A model generated the notes under the pieces. It saw only the letters and a list, made by a program, of their open reading frames with translations. It ran no database searches and had not been told where the DNA came from. 64,000 bases of DNA, taken from positions 30,690,001 to 30,754,000 of the forward strand of contig OZ076414.1 in NCBI GenBank assembly GCA_964187785.1, in the 5' to 3' direction. Numbering within the stretch: the first letter of the stretch is position 1; every line of letters begins with the position of its first letter. The translations under genes and the position numbers were made by a program. Source of the DNA: Amphiscolops sp. MND2022 (lineage: Eukaryota). Below, one piece after another: positions 49,501 to 61,078 of the stretch.

Positions 49501-51280
49501 GTCATATCAACCGATGAATACCATGCCTCACCTTCTTCATTATCTAGCTTTTCAGCTACCATGTCTAACAAGTTATCAAGGTTCGGCATTTGGTATTTAT
49601 CTTTATCAATGGCTTGATTTAGCGTTCTTGCATCCAGCGCGTTTTTTACCGAACAGTCTTTCTTCACTGTTATTACTGTTGGCTGTATAAATACGTCGTC
49701 CTTGACTCCGTTACTTTTTTCTATATGGCCTTCTTTTAGTAATCGTTTTATTTCCGCATCTACCGCGTTTTGTAGTTGAATTGGGATTCTTCTCCCTTTT
49801 TGTTGCGTAATTTTTGCATCCGGTTCTAGCTTTATTTTGATTTCGTGATCTTTTATCTTCCCGTTTCTTTTGAACAGTTTTGGAAATTCGTTACAAACTT
49901 GCTTGGTTTCCGTACTTAGTTCTTCTTCTTTTTCAATTGAATTAACTTCACACTCACCTTTGTTAGCTGGGGCAATTGTATATTTCAACGTTGACAACCA
50001 TTCTCTGCCGATGATCGATTTTGTACCACTCTTTGTGACTAGGATTCTCGCCTTTTTAATATATTGATCCCCCACTTGTAATTCACAGAAAACGTATCCC
50101 AGCAACTTCAACGGCTTCCCGTTGAAATCCACGTATCGCTCGCCTTTAATCATCTGGCGCACTTGTATTTTTTCTCTTTGCATGATCTGTTTAATCTCAT
50201 CTAGCGCGAAAATGGTTACTGGCGACCCTGAGTCGATCATTGTTTTGAAGCGATTCCCATTAATAAACCCTTCCATATAATACGGTTTAATGTTTTCATT
50301 TTGGCCATCTACGTTCAAAACCATGAAATTATCGTCATCCTCTTCTTCTTCCTGATCGACCAATCGGACGCGGCTGTTTATTTGTTCACTACTGCCACTT
50401 GCTCTGAATCTATCACTTTGCTGTAAATTATCCTTTTTCTTTTGATTACGAACTTTCTCCAAGTGGCCTTTTCTGCCGCAGTAATTACATGTCGCATTTG
50501 GTCCTTTGCAGAATTTTAAATGGTCCATTGTAAAATTACCGGCACCGCATCTCCAACATTCTTTTGTATTCTGTCGGTTACCACTTATTGTACAAACTGG
50601 TTCTTCTTTAATTTTCGTCTCATTTCCAATGTAGCCGTATGTTCTCTGTCTTTTCAATCCGTCTTCAAATGCAATGGCGAATTGTAGTGCCTCTGCCGGG
50701 GTCTCTTTCGGCTCCGTGCACAGCTTTTCTGCACCTGCTTATTCGCCATATTCAGTACAAACACGTCGTACACCAAACCTTCTGTTTGATTACCAAAGTC
50801 ACATTTGGCTGCTAATCCATTGAGGACGTTCCAGTACTCGTGTAGTGATTCCGATGGCTTCTGTTTTCGCGACAATAAGGTATGTCTGTCCATCGTATTG
50901 TTTCGACGTATTTGGAAACACTCGTTACAATATTGGCGAAATTGTTGTAGTTGGATCAGTAGGATATTAATCTGGGGGAACTTATCCATTAGCATTTTTC
51001 TGCCGGTTTTTCCCAATGATATGTACAGTAAACTGATTACTTTTCTTGCTGCAGGGGCTTCCTCCATGTTTCCCATCAGTGCTTGGGCCCGGGGTTGCTG
51101 TTCTGCATTTCTTGTCAATTCGGAGACGGAAATTGAGTGACGGGCCAACACTGCTACCTCGAATAGTTGCAGCCATTGGTCCCAGTCGTACGAAGGGGAT
51201 TTTTTGGCATCTTGCCAGAAATAACTCAGTCCAGGGACTGGGGCATTTGATTGATCCTCATCAGCTGCTCGCAGCGCCAT
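46598..51280 (-). pseudogene. Gypsy B gag-pol (probably a single ORF originally), three frameshifts
   Basis: Knuckles CWRC/CNYC..KGH, IDSGS, FIDD, CDAS, HxxH...CxxC, DFAGP/TDPG/VERMIRT; shifts near 50720, 48910 and 48530. Confidence 0.92.
51265..51279 (-). promoter_or_regulatory. Gypsy B primer-binding site, tRNA-Ser-like
   Basis: TGGCGCTGCGAGCAG immediately after the 5' LTR; complementary to a CTGCTCGCAGCG-CCA 3' end of the kind found in animal tRNA-Ser(CGA/TGA). Confidence 0.75.
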
Positions 51281-51493
51281 GTTAACGACTACGATTCTGG
51301 AGTGGAAGTAAAGAAGAATATGATAGCAACTGTAAATTCGACGGTATTGCATTTTATGGCAATAGATGTTATTTTGCCACTTTGGCATAATTTGGCTGGT
51401 TGTTAATATGTTACGTAATAAAGTATTTCACACTATTGTTTTTCTCACAATAGCTTTAGGTTATGTAATGTTAGTTGTCTAGCACCTACCACA
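51280..51493 (-). repeat. Gypsy B 5' LTR, 214 bp
   Basis: TG...CA, adjacent to PBS and TSD. Confidence 0.95.
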
Positions 51494-51657
51494 GTTATTT
51501 TCCGACTCCTTATTTTATAAATGGGGGAAGAAAATCATGATCTGTGACGGTTTTTTCCGAATTTTGCCAAATCTCCACAATCTCCACCTTTTGATTACTT
51601 GACTATTTTATATAGCTACTTGTAACTAATATAGTCAAGTAACTAAAATAGCATACA

Positions 51658-51800
51658 GCGGGAATAATATCTAAAGTCAAAACAGGGAATAAGATCCAAA
51701 GGGAATAAGATCTAAAATTTCAGGACGGGAATAAGATCTAAATGGAATAAGATCTAGAATCACTAAATTTAAGATCTTATTCTTTAGATCCTATTCCCCC
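51658..51800. repeat. Short-motif array (G)GGAATAAGATC(T/C)A with inverted copies
   Basis: About five direct copies at 51659-51757, then inverted AGATCTTATTC and AGATCCTATTCCC at ~51773-51798. Confidence 0.8.
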
Positions 51801-52492
51801 TCCCAAAATAGCTATGACTCAGTTAGTGAAGGCGAACAGGGCGGAAAGTATCCCGGTGCTTAGCGGGCGTCTTGTTTAGCTTGTTCACTGTCATTTTGGT
51901 TATCAGCACATTGTTTAGGTTTTTTTTTCATGGCGTGGATCAGTTTTTGTCTGATTTCACATTGAAGTTTGTTTTAATATTTGAATTCTTGTTCGATATT
52001 TAATTCTGATGATGTGTTCGTGATTATTTATAGGCCACTAAAACTCTGCGTCTATCGTTGATAGATCTGCATCCGTCTTAATGAAGATCGGAACGGAGAG
52101 CGCGGTCCGTTTTTCGGTTTCCTCTGGCAGGTTTTTCTGGCTAACTGTTTTCTCATTGTCATTTTAAATTGAGACTGACTGCCATTTTGTAATCAGCCGA
52201 TGTTTTACGAATGAGTTACAATAACAAGAGTGACTACAAAGAGTGTATTCAAACCCAATATTTTCATCTTAAGTGACAAAAATACCTCAAGCTTGCTACA
52301 GTATCTAACTAATCCAATTGCTCAATAATGAGGAAGTCTATACACCGATCTTACGTTCGACGGGTCTTAATCAACAGTCTGAGTTTTGATCTTTTTTGCA
52401 CAAATGTAATTTCCTGAATTGCTTTTGTTTCAAATTTTGCTTAGCAAGCAGAACGTTTCTGCAAATCAGAAAGCAACATGGTGGCTGAAACG

Positions 52493-52746
52493 TGTTGAAG
52501 CTACAAAAATACGTTTCCAATTTTAAACAATGATGATTTCGAGCATGTTAATCATATTTCATATACACGTCAGCTTTCAAATTGAATCATGAATTGTTCA
52601 CGTTTATGCTATTACTCACTTTTTTTGTTGTTGATTAAATCAATTCAGCTGCTTCTGAATAGAAAACATTTCAGTTCTAAAAAGATTGTTTTGATAATAA
52701 TCTCTTGCTCTCCCGCAACAAAATCAAGCTATCAACATAAACAACA
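52493..52746 (+). repeat. BEL/Pao 5' LTR
   Basis: TGTTGAAG...AACAACA, matches 60427-60679. Confidence 0.97.
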
Positions 52747-52785
52747 TTTGGTACCTGTCGACACGGGAAAAATCAGCGAAGCAGC

Positions 52786-55700
52786 ATGTCGTCAACCTAC
52801 GAGAGGAAGACGCTTGAACAGTTGAAACGTTCCCGCTCAGCAATTCTTGGTGTGACCACCAAATTAGAAACCAAGCTTAGACCCTATTTGGATAAAGCTA
52901 AAGAATATATTACGGCTGATGACCTCAGCTATCTTCGTACAATTGAAAGACAATTGGAAAAAAGATTCGAAGATGCAGGCGCTCTAAATTCTGCAGCATT
53001 AGAACGTACTACAGATACAGATTCAGATCTTGAAAAGGAAATTGAAGACGCTGAAGATTTCGAGAACAAAATCGGAACACAACTTGAACGAATTAGCAGC
53101 TTTTTGGATCAATTTGAAGTTTCTGATTCTGCTGTGGCAGCTGCAATCAATGCATCACCTACATCCAGCTCTTCTACAACAGGAAATTTGAAAATGCCCA
53201 ATTTTGATCTTCCGAAATTCAAAGGTCACTACAAAGACTGGACTCCATTTTACGAACAGTTCATGGCTTCAGTGGATAGCAGCACAACAATTGCAGATAT
53301 TCAGAAGTTCAACTTTCTCAAAGCAGCTCTCAGTGGTGAAGCTCTACAATTAGTTTCGCACTTGCCATTATCTAACTCCAATTACAAAATTGCTTTGAAA
53401 TCCTTGATGGACCGTTACGATAACGAGCGACTGACAGTCAATTCCCATTTAGACGCAATACTTCAGTTGCAGCCTTTGAGTGGTGAGTCAGCTTCACAAC
53501 TTCGACAACTTCTCGTAAGTTTTGAAGAAAATTTAATGGCAATTGAAGCGCTTAAAGTAAACACGAAAAATAGTGACTTCATTTGGGTACGAATTTTATC
53601 CGAGAAGCTAGATCAGGAATCTAGACGCCAGTGGGAACTAGACTATCCTGGAAAAAAGTTGCAAACACTTCAGCAATTGCGAGATTTCATAAACAAACGT
53701 GTTCAAGCTTTAGAGGCTTCAAGTTCAGTTACAACCACTCGTAAAGTTAATCAATCTACCAATTACAACAAATTCGGAAGAAATCAAAAGATTGAACGAA
53801 GATTTCTCAAAACTACAAGACTACATCTGAAAGATGTCATTGCTGTTCAGAAAACCACAAAATCTTTGCTTGCAAGAAGTTCGCTTCACTCAACATTAAA
53901 GACAGAAAAAATCTAGTCTATTCGTCCAAACTATGTTTCAATTGTTTATGCCATGGGCACTTACCGAAAGACTGCAAATCGAAACATACTTGCAAAAAGT
54001 GTCAAGGTAAACATAATTCAATACTTCACACAGATTCATCTCAAATTGGGGAAGTTTCAGGATCAGTTATAGCGAACCAAGCACTTACCTTTTCGGCTTC
54101 TGGCATCATACCAACAGCTTTGGTACCAATTGAGGATGATTCCTCCAATATAACGATTTGCCGAGCTTTGATTGACAGTGGCTCCCAGCTCAGTTTAATT
54201 TCTGAATCAGCAGTGCAACGAATGCATTTAAAACGACAGAAACGATCACTTACAGTTAACGGTATTGGGAATGTTTCTAAAACCTATAACTCGGGAAGTG
54301 TAAATCTGTGTCTCAAACCAAAGAATGGAATGAAAGTCATAAAATCCATGCATTTATTCTTCCTAGCCTTACACAACTCCTACCAAATCGCTCATTTGAC
54401 GTTGTATCACAGTTTCACATGCGAACTGTTGAATTAGCGGATCCTTCTTTTAATGTCTCCAGTGCAATAGAATTAATCTTGGGATCAGATGTAGCAGAAG
54501 AGATCATTTTAGACGGAAAATTCACGGAAACCAATGGATTGCATTTCCGTAACACAGTTTTCGGTTGGATTGTTTCAGGAAAGCAACCGAATCAAAGTTG
54601 CACAATTGCAAATACTTCACTCTGTATCAATGACAATTTTGATCTGAAAAAATTTTGGGAATTGGAAGAAGTACCAATCGCCAATAAGAATACTGCTGAA
54701 GAAATAGCTTGTGAAAAACATTACCAAGAAACTACCATTGTGCAAAACAACAGATTTGTTGTCGGAATGCCGTTCAAGTCTGATGCTACACCTTTAGGTG
54801 ATACTTTCGTCCAGGCTAAAAGAAGACTTCTTTATTTGGAGAAGCGTCTTGAAGCCAATCCTGCTTTGAAGAAAAGTTATTCAGGTTTCATTCATGAGTT
54901 CCAAGACTTGAATCATCTTGAAGCAGTACCGAACGAGGAACTCGTCAAAAAAGACTCTGACGTGAACTTCTTACCTCATCATTGCGTACACAAAGAAGAT
55001 TCCACCACGACTAAACTTCGAGTTGTATTCGATGGATCAGCGAAATCGAGTACTGGTGTTTCACTGAATGGATCTCTAATGGTAGGACCAACAGTCCAAG
55101 AAGATTTGTTTTCCATCCTCATCAGATTTCGTCTCCATAGAGTAGCGCTTTCAGCAGACATTGCTAAAATGTATCGACAAATTGCTCTCGAATCAGTTGC
55201 AAAGGATTTTCACCGCATTCTTTGGCGAGATTCAATCACAGATTCAATACAGCAGTATCGAATGACTAGAGTGACGTATGGAATAGCATCATCAGCTTTT
55301 CACTCCACACGTTCAGTAATAGAAGTTGGTAATCGCTGTAGTGATGACTTGCTCGCAAAAACTATCAAGCACGATTTCTACGTTGATGACTACCTTTCTG
55401 GTGCAAACTCTGTCGAAGAAGCAAAAATCAAAGTTACAAAAATTTATGAAAAACTCAAAGAGTATGGATTTGAACTTCGCAAGTGGTCGTCTAGTCATCA
55501 TGAAATCACCTCTTCATTGCCTGAAAATTTGCGAGAAAATCCAGACAAAGAGAAAGTCATGGACGAAAACTACAAAATCAAGACCTTGGGTGTGTCTTGG
55601 AAACCTAATTCTGATTCTTTTCAGTTCTACTCGAGTGTTTGTTCGAATGACAAAATCACAAAGCGTAAACTACTCTCAGAAACAGCCAAGCTTTTCGATC

Positions 55701-57985
55701 CAGTTGGTTGGCTAGCACCAGTAGTAATCAAATTCAAAGTAACTTTGCAGAAACTTTGGATTCAAGGAGTGGGATGGGATGATGTACTTCCAACAGAGCT
55801 TCAAAACGAGTGGATAGAAATCCAGTCCGATTTGAACAATTTGATCAGTTTACAGTTACCACGGTGCATTGTTCCAACTGAGAAAAGTGACAAGGTTCAA
55901 CTACATTTGTTTACAGACGCTTCCGAAGTAGCCTTTGCCGCAGTTATTTACATACGAATAACAGACTCTTCGGGAAAAATTTTCACTAACTTGGTTTCCT
56001 GCAAAACACGAGTTGCTCCCATTAAAACAATTTCGGTACCACGTCTCGAGTTGTGTGGAGCACATCTTGGAATCAAACTTCTAACAAAAATTAAGGACAT
56101 ACTGGAACTGTCTATTTTGCCTCAGCCTGAAATATATGGTTGGACCGACTCTAGGATTGTGTTACAGTGGTTAGCACAACTTCCACGAACATGGACAAGT
56201 TTTGTTGCCAATCGTATATCCGAAATTCAACAAATTTTGCCTCGGGCAAACTGGAATCATGTCAAGTCAAATTCCAATCCGGCTGATTGTGCATCACGCG
56301 GGACTCTTGTCAAAGACCTCATAGACACAAGTTTTTGGTGGCACGGTCCTGATTGGCTCTCTCAACCCGAAAGCACCTGGCCACAGCCTTCTTCAACGGT
56401 GAATGAAGATAACAAGCAACAGATCGAGTCGGAGAAAAAACACAAAAGATGCGAGACTGTTGCAAGTGCAGTTATTGCAACTCAGCCCTGGATAGACATC
56501 AGCCGTTACAGTAGCCTCTCGAAACTTCAACGCATCATAGCGACGATCATCAAGGCTTCTCATCTCTTCAAAGATGCCTCCAAAGGAGTTTCAGTTACAC
56601 CTCAACTTTTAAACCAAGCAAAACTCATTCTTTTGAGACAACATCAAGCACAGTATTACGCCACAGACTTGGCAATATTAACGACAGGCAAAGAATTACC
56701 TCGCAACAGCAAAATTCTAAATCTCTCTCCTTTTTCCGACGAAGACACTGGAACCATACGGGTTGGCGGTCGTTCAGCACAAAGTCAGATACATCACGAT
56801 CAGAAGTTTCCCTATCTTGTCCATTCTGACTCACATCTGGCCATTCTCATTCTTCGCTATTATCATGAAGCTACCCTTCATGGCGGGGGGCAGCTGACGC
56901 TCAGCAGCAGATCAGAATATTGGATTCCCAGAGGCAAGAACATTTGCAACAGAGTCATCAAAAACTGTGTTAAGTGCAGTAGATTCAATGGTGATGTACC
57001 TGTGCAGATAATGGAAGACTTGCCCAGTGAACGTTTGGATGCTGGTACTCCTTTCATAAACACTGGTGTTGACTTTGCCGGACCTATTGTGACGAAACCT
57101 AACTGCAAAAACTACATAGCAATTTTTGTTTGTTTTGCTACGAAGGCAGTTCACATAGAATTGGTGACGGATTTGTCCAAAGATTCCTGTATACTGGCTT
57201 TAAAACGATTCATATCCAGACGTGGATTGCCGGAGAAACTATTTAGCGACAATGGATCGAACTTCATTGGAGCTAGAAATGATTTGATGAAAGTCAGAGC
57301 CATTCTCAGCAAGGATTCGGGCGGCAATTCTGTCACAGACTTCGTCATTCAAAAAGGCATTCAATGGGTGACAATACCTCCTCGTGCACCTCATTTTGGA
57401 GGCCTCTGGGAAGCAGCTGTGAAGTCCATGAAGCGACATCTGAGACGAAGTGTTGGTACCCAGATTCTGTCATTCGAAGAACTCAATACATACCTCATCC
57501 AAATCGAGGCGATTCTGAATTCTCGGCCAATCACTTCGATGTCAAATGACCCAAACGATTTGAGACCACTCACGCCTGCTCATTTTCTTCTGGGAAGATC
57601 AATGAATGACATACCGGAGTCGAACCACAGTGTTGACGATGACAATCTTCACATTAAAACGAGACATCGATTGCTTGAGAAGATGAAGTTTTCTTTCTGG
57701 AAATCGTGGCATCGCGACTATCTGGTCACCCTGCAAATACGCAAAAAATGGCTTTCCAATGGACCAACATTTGCAGTTGGAGACCTGGTTTTGATTGCAG
57801 AGGATAATCAACGACCTTTACAATGGAAACTAGGCAGAATCACCGAGTTGTACTCAGGAAATGACAGTGTCAATCGTGTTGCCAAAGTAATCACGGATGC
57901 AGGAATGTTAGTACGACCTGTTGTTAAGCTTCGTAAGCTTCCCGTTGATCCTTTATTGCCAGCAAATCACTCGCAGCTCATTTAG
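52786..57985 (+). pseudogene. BEL/Pao gag-pol polyprotein, two frameshifts
   Basis: LPKFKG.Y.DW..F...F gag region, three Cys/His knuckles, ALIDSGSQ, LPHH..HKEDSTTTKLRVVFDGS, FYVDD, FTDAS, DFAGP/FSDNG/LWEAAVKS; shifts near 53800 and 54320; 54308-57985 open for 1225 aa. Confidence 0.93.
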
Positions 57986-59129
57986 AAAGAAAAACATTTT
58001 GTCAAAAAAATTTATTTTTTTTGGAACTCGAAAACTCTGACGATTTTGGGATGACAAAACTAATGCCAAAAATTGATGACCCATGGCTTCGACCTATAAA
58101 ATACACCAATCGCTTCGGGGATGTTGCCTCCATAACGCCTTGGAAGCAGAATTTCCAATATCGCCCCTAAAGTGCGAAAAAATCATCTTACCCTGATAGT
58201 GTCTGTTCTTACACTTGTTAACTTCAAGATTTTCGTTACTTTCTTGGTCACAATCCCCTGATTACTTCTGGATCTCTTAGCCCTTGTTTGCATACATTCC
58301 AGGGCTAGCCTAGAGCAATTATGAATCCATTGAAACTACAATTTGAGAATTTCTCCCTTATTTTATTGATTTACACTCATTTTCCACAACTTTGTTTTTG
58401 AATGCCGACTGTCTTTCCAGTGCCAAAACTTAGTGACGCTAGCGAAATCAGCCTATGGATATTCAAGAGGGCCAAAACAGCTCTGTTATCAACGCCTTGG
58501 AGTTACAATTTCAATTTACTGCGAAAATATTCATTTTTCTTTATTTTTGTTGAAAATTCTCACATCTAGTTGGTTCAATTGATGTGATGTTTTTCTAGTG
58601 CCAAAATACGCTCGACACTACACCAGCCGTATAGAAGGGTTTATTCGACTCCTAATACTCTTGCCTACAACTTCTTGGAGCGGGATTTCGCTTTTTGTCA
58701 TTTATTTTATTTTATTGACAAATAAACATACTCGAATTCACCACAGATTTAGCTGATAAATTATATAAACAGAGGAGATACAGAAACAAAACTAATCAAC
58801 AGAGAACCAGTTACAAACCTCACTCATTGGCATTTTCTGTTGTTCTGTTCAAATGGGGCAACAGTCAGCTCGGGCTCAGAGATTACCTCAAGAAATTTGA
58901 TGATAAGATTTGAAGATTTTCGTCATTTTTCAAGTATTTCTCAATTTTACACAAAGTGTTTGTCGCATGAATCGGCAAACAACCCCTGGATACGTGATTT
59001 ACGATACTCCTATCAACAATTTGTATGCATTATATTATCTCTGGAATGTAACAGAAATTGTGGTATCTTGCATCAGTTGGCGAAACTTTCACTGAGTACG
59101 GAGAGCTCAAAGACCCTTGGGAAGACAGA

Positions 59130-60377
59130 CTAAGGATACTCCAGGAGTTCTACTTCGCTCAATGGAGTCAAATTTGGAGCATTCATCGCATCCTTAGCAG
59201 CCTTCCCAAAGTTAGCTAATCGTCTGTTCTTTTTACGAGATTTGTAATGATTTCGTGGATTGCTACGACGAAGAAACTTATTCAAATCGTAGCCAACAGC
59301 TTGAAAGGCCTCACAATGTTCCAAAACATCGCGCCGATAAAGGAAAGACCACACAGTTGACTCTTCACTATCGACTGAACAAACCAGTGGATTCTCAAGC
59401 CTAAGGAACTGAGCAGCCTTCCATTGTTTCAAAGCAACTCTCCATTCCCTAACCTCAAGAAGTTTCACCAGCTGATCCAACCCATAGCGATCAAGCCACT
59501 GCCTGATGAAACCTTTACCAGCGCCACTGCTGAACTGTCCAAAAACACGATTAGCTCTTTCTTGATCGTTACCATTAATACCCTCCCAGCCATGCACAAG
59601 AGCCCATCGGACGGTCCCATCTGTATTCAAAGAACGCCCAGTGAGTACACAATGAGCATAGCAAGGAGGTTGAATGATGACGTCTCCGGGCTCAGCCAAG
59701 TGATACCGCAAATCCCGTATCAACTTTCGTTCTCTCCTGCTGTATAACGTTTTTGGCTCAAATAATAGTCTGTACAAATGATTGAAAAATTGTACGCTCA
59801 TAAGGAACTGAGAAGAGGCAATAGTGGACGCAAAAATCCAAATCTTGCGACCGGATTCCAATTTCGCTATACTTTCACTTCCTCCCCATTCAATATGAGC
59901 ACAAGTGAACCAAGGGCCTTTGGTAGCTAAAAGAGCCTTGGAACGAATTTTAATGTATTCCGGAGCGAGACAACTGATAAACTTGTCGGGCAGTTCAAAG
60001 GAAAACGTCAAGCAGCCCTTGAAGCCAGGATTATCAGTGCCTACACTCCAACGATGAACAGTGGCTTTTGCTGCTGCCTTGAACGAGGAAAACAATGTTG
60101 CGCCCTCGTTCCACGCTAACTTTGCCTTCCCAGTCAAATTACAGAGGTTGTTTGCCTCAGGACCCCGAACAACAAGTGGCTGCATTGGGAAACTACCCAC
60201 CCAGTTGATCACAGAAACAACTAGAATAGGAAGAATCCCCCTCCTCCTCCACGGCAGACCACCTTGCTGCTCAGCAATCCTGAAAATACTCTCAACTTTT
60301 TCTTCATTTTCGATCATGCTACTATGAGGTAACTCCTCGCCTCCGCCTCCTTCAACCCCTGAACATTCTACATTCAT
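59130..60377 (-). CDS. JmjC-domain 2-oxoglutarate/Fe(II) dioxygenase-like protein (KDM2/KDM7-like core), antisense inside BEL/Pao
   Basis: FTCAHIEWGGS...GRKIWIFA and EPGDVIIQPPCYAHCVLT align by eye with PHF8/KDM7 YTDFHIDFGGT...GEKIFYLI and KQGQTLFIPTGWIHAVLT; T158, H161, E163, K178, H242 present; intact, intronless, 415 aa. Confidence 0.8.
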   Translation of the reverse strand: MNVECSGVEGGGGEELPHSSMIENEEKVESIFRIAEQQGGLPWRRRGILPILVVSVINWVGSFPMQPLVVRGPEANNLCNLTGKAKLAWNEGATLFSSFKAAAKATVHRWSVGTDNPGFKGCLTFSFELPDKFISCLAPEYIKIRSKALLATKGPWFTCAHIEWGGSESIAKLESGRKIWIFASTIASSQFLMSVQFFNHLYRLLFEPKTLYSRRERKLIRDLRYHLAEPGDVIIQPPCYAHCVLTGRSLNTDGTVRWALVHGWEGINGNDQERANRVFGQFSSGAGKGFIRQWLDRYGLDQLVKLLEVREWRVALKQWKAAQFLRLENPLVCSVDSEESTVWSFLYRRDVLEHCEAFQAVGYDLNKFLRRSNPRNHYKSRKKNRRLANFGKAAKDAMNAPNLTPLSEVELLEYP

Positions 60378-60426
60378 TTCTGAAAATATTAAAGCATCTG
60401 ACGCAGATCCTTCAAGGCGGGCGGAA

Positions 60427-60679
60427 TGTTGAAGCTACAAAAATACGTTTCCAATTTTAAAAAATGATGATTTCGAGCATGTTAATCATAGTTCATATAC
60501 ACGTCAGCTTTCAAATTGAATCATGAATTGTTCACGTTTATGCTATTACTCACTTTTTTGTTGTTGATTAAATCAATTCAGCTGCTTCTGAATAGAAAAC
60601 ATTTCAGTTCTAAAAAGATTGTTTTGATAATAATCTCTTGCTCTCCCGCAACAAAATCAAGCTATCAACATAAACAACA
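60427..60679 (+). repeat. BEL/Pao 3' LTR
   Basis: Matches the 5' LTR; followed by the TSD. Confidence 0.97.
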
Positions 60680-60807
60680 AAACGATCAAAACACTTTGAT
60701 TGGAATCCCAACTGCAACCCATTTTGGTGTTGCCGGTAGGCTAAAAACTTGACTGGAAAAGCCTAACTGGCAACGTACGGTGCATCTATCATAAGGCACA
60801 CTTTGAA

Positions 60808-61078
60808 TGTAGACACTTTCTCGATATTTATTGCTCTCTTCAATACTAGACACTCACTGTTGTATCTCGAACAGACGTATAAGAAAAAGAATTCAAAATT
60901 TAATTTCAACTGTCCTGTTACTATCCTTTTTCTATCTGTTCGTACAAAGTTTCATCTGCACTTATGTGGCAGGGCAGGTATTTAATCTATAAATAACACG
61001 ATAAACAGTATAAATAAACAAAGAAGAAGGCAGACAAATTAGTTTCTAGAGTCTAAATGAGTTCGTCTGTCCTCTACA
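60808..61078 (-). repeat. Gypsy D 3' LTR, 271 bp
   Basis: TGTAGA...TCTACA terminal inverted hexamer, directly next to the PPT; partner LTR not in the window. Confidence 0.75.

Larger units (their letters stand above)
46090..51493 (-). mobile_element. Full-length Ty3/Gypsy LTR retrotransposon (element B)
   Basis: Two TG...CA LTRs, 5-bp TSD GTTAT (46085-46089, 51494-51498), PBS, PPT, gag-PR-RT-RH-INT order. Confidence 0.97.
52493..60679 (+). mobile_element. Full-length BEL/Pao LTR retrotransposon carrying an extra antisense ORF
   Basis: 254/253-bp LTRs (two substitutions, one indel seen), 5-bp TSD AAACG (52488-52492, 60680-60684), PBS-like TGGTACC at 52749, purine tract AAGGCGGGCGGAA before the 3' LTR; Pao-type gag, RT, RNase H and integrase. 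Confidence 0.97.

Noticed and set aside
52747-52766. Assigning the BEL/Pao PBS (TGGTACCTGTCG...) to a specific tRNA
   Set aside because: I could not match it confidently to a known tRNA 3' end without the species tRNA set.
59130-60377. Extra BEL/Pao ORF as an env-like gene
   Set aside because: It is antisense, I see no signal peptide/furin site/C-terminal TM layout, and it carries JmjC metal- and 2OG-binding motifs instead.
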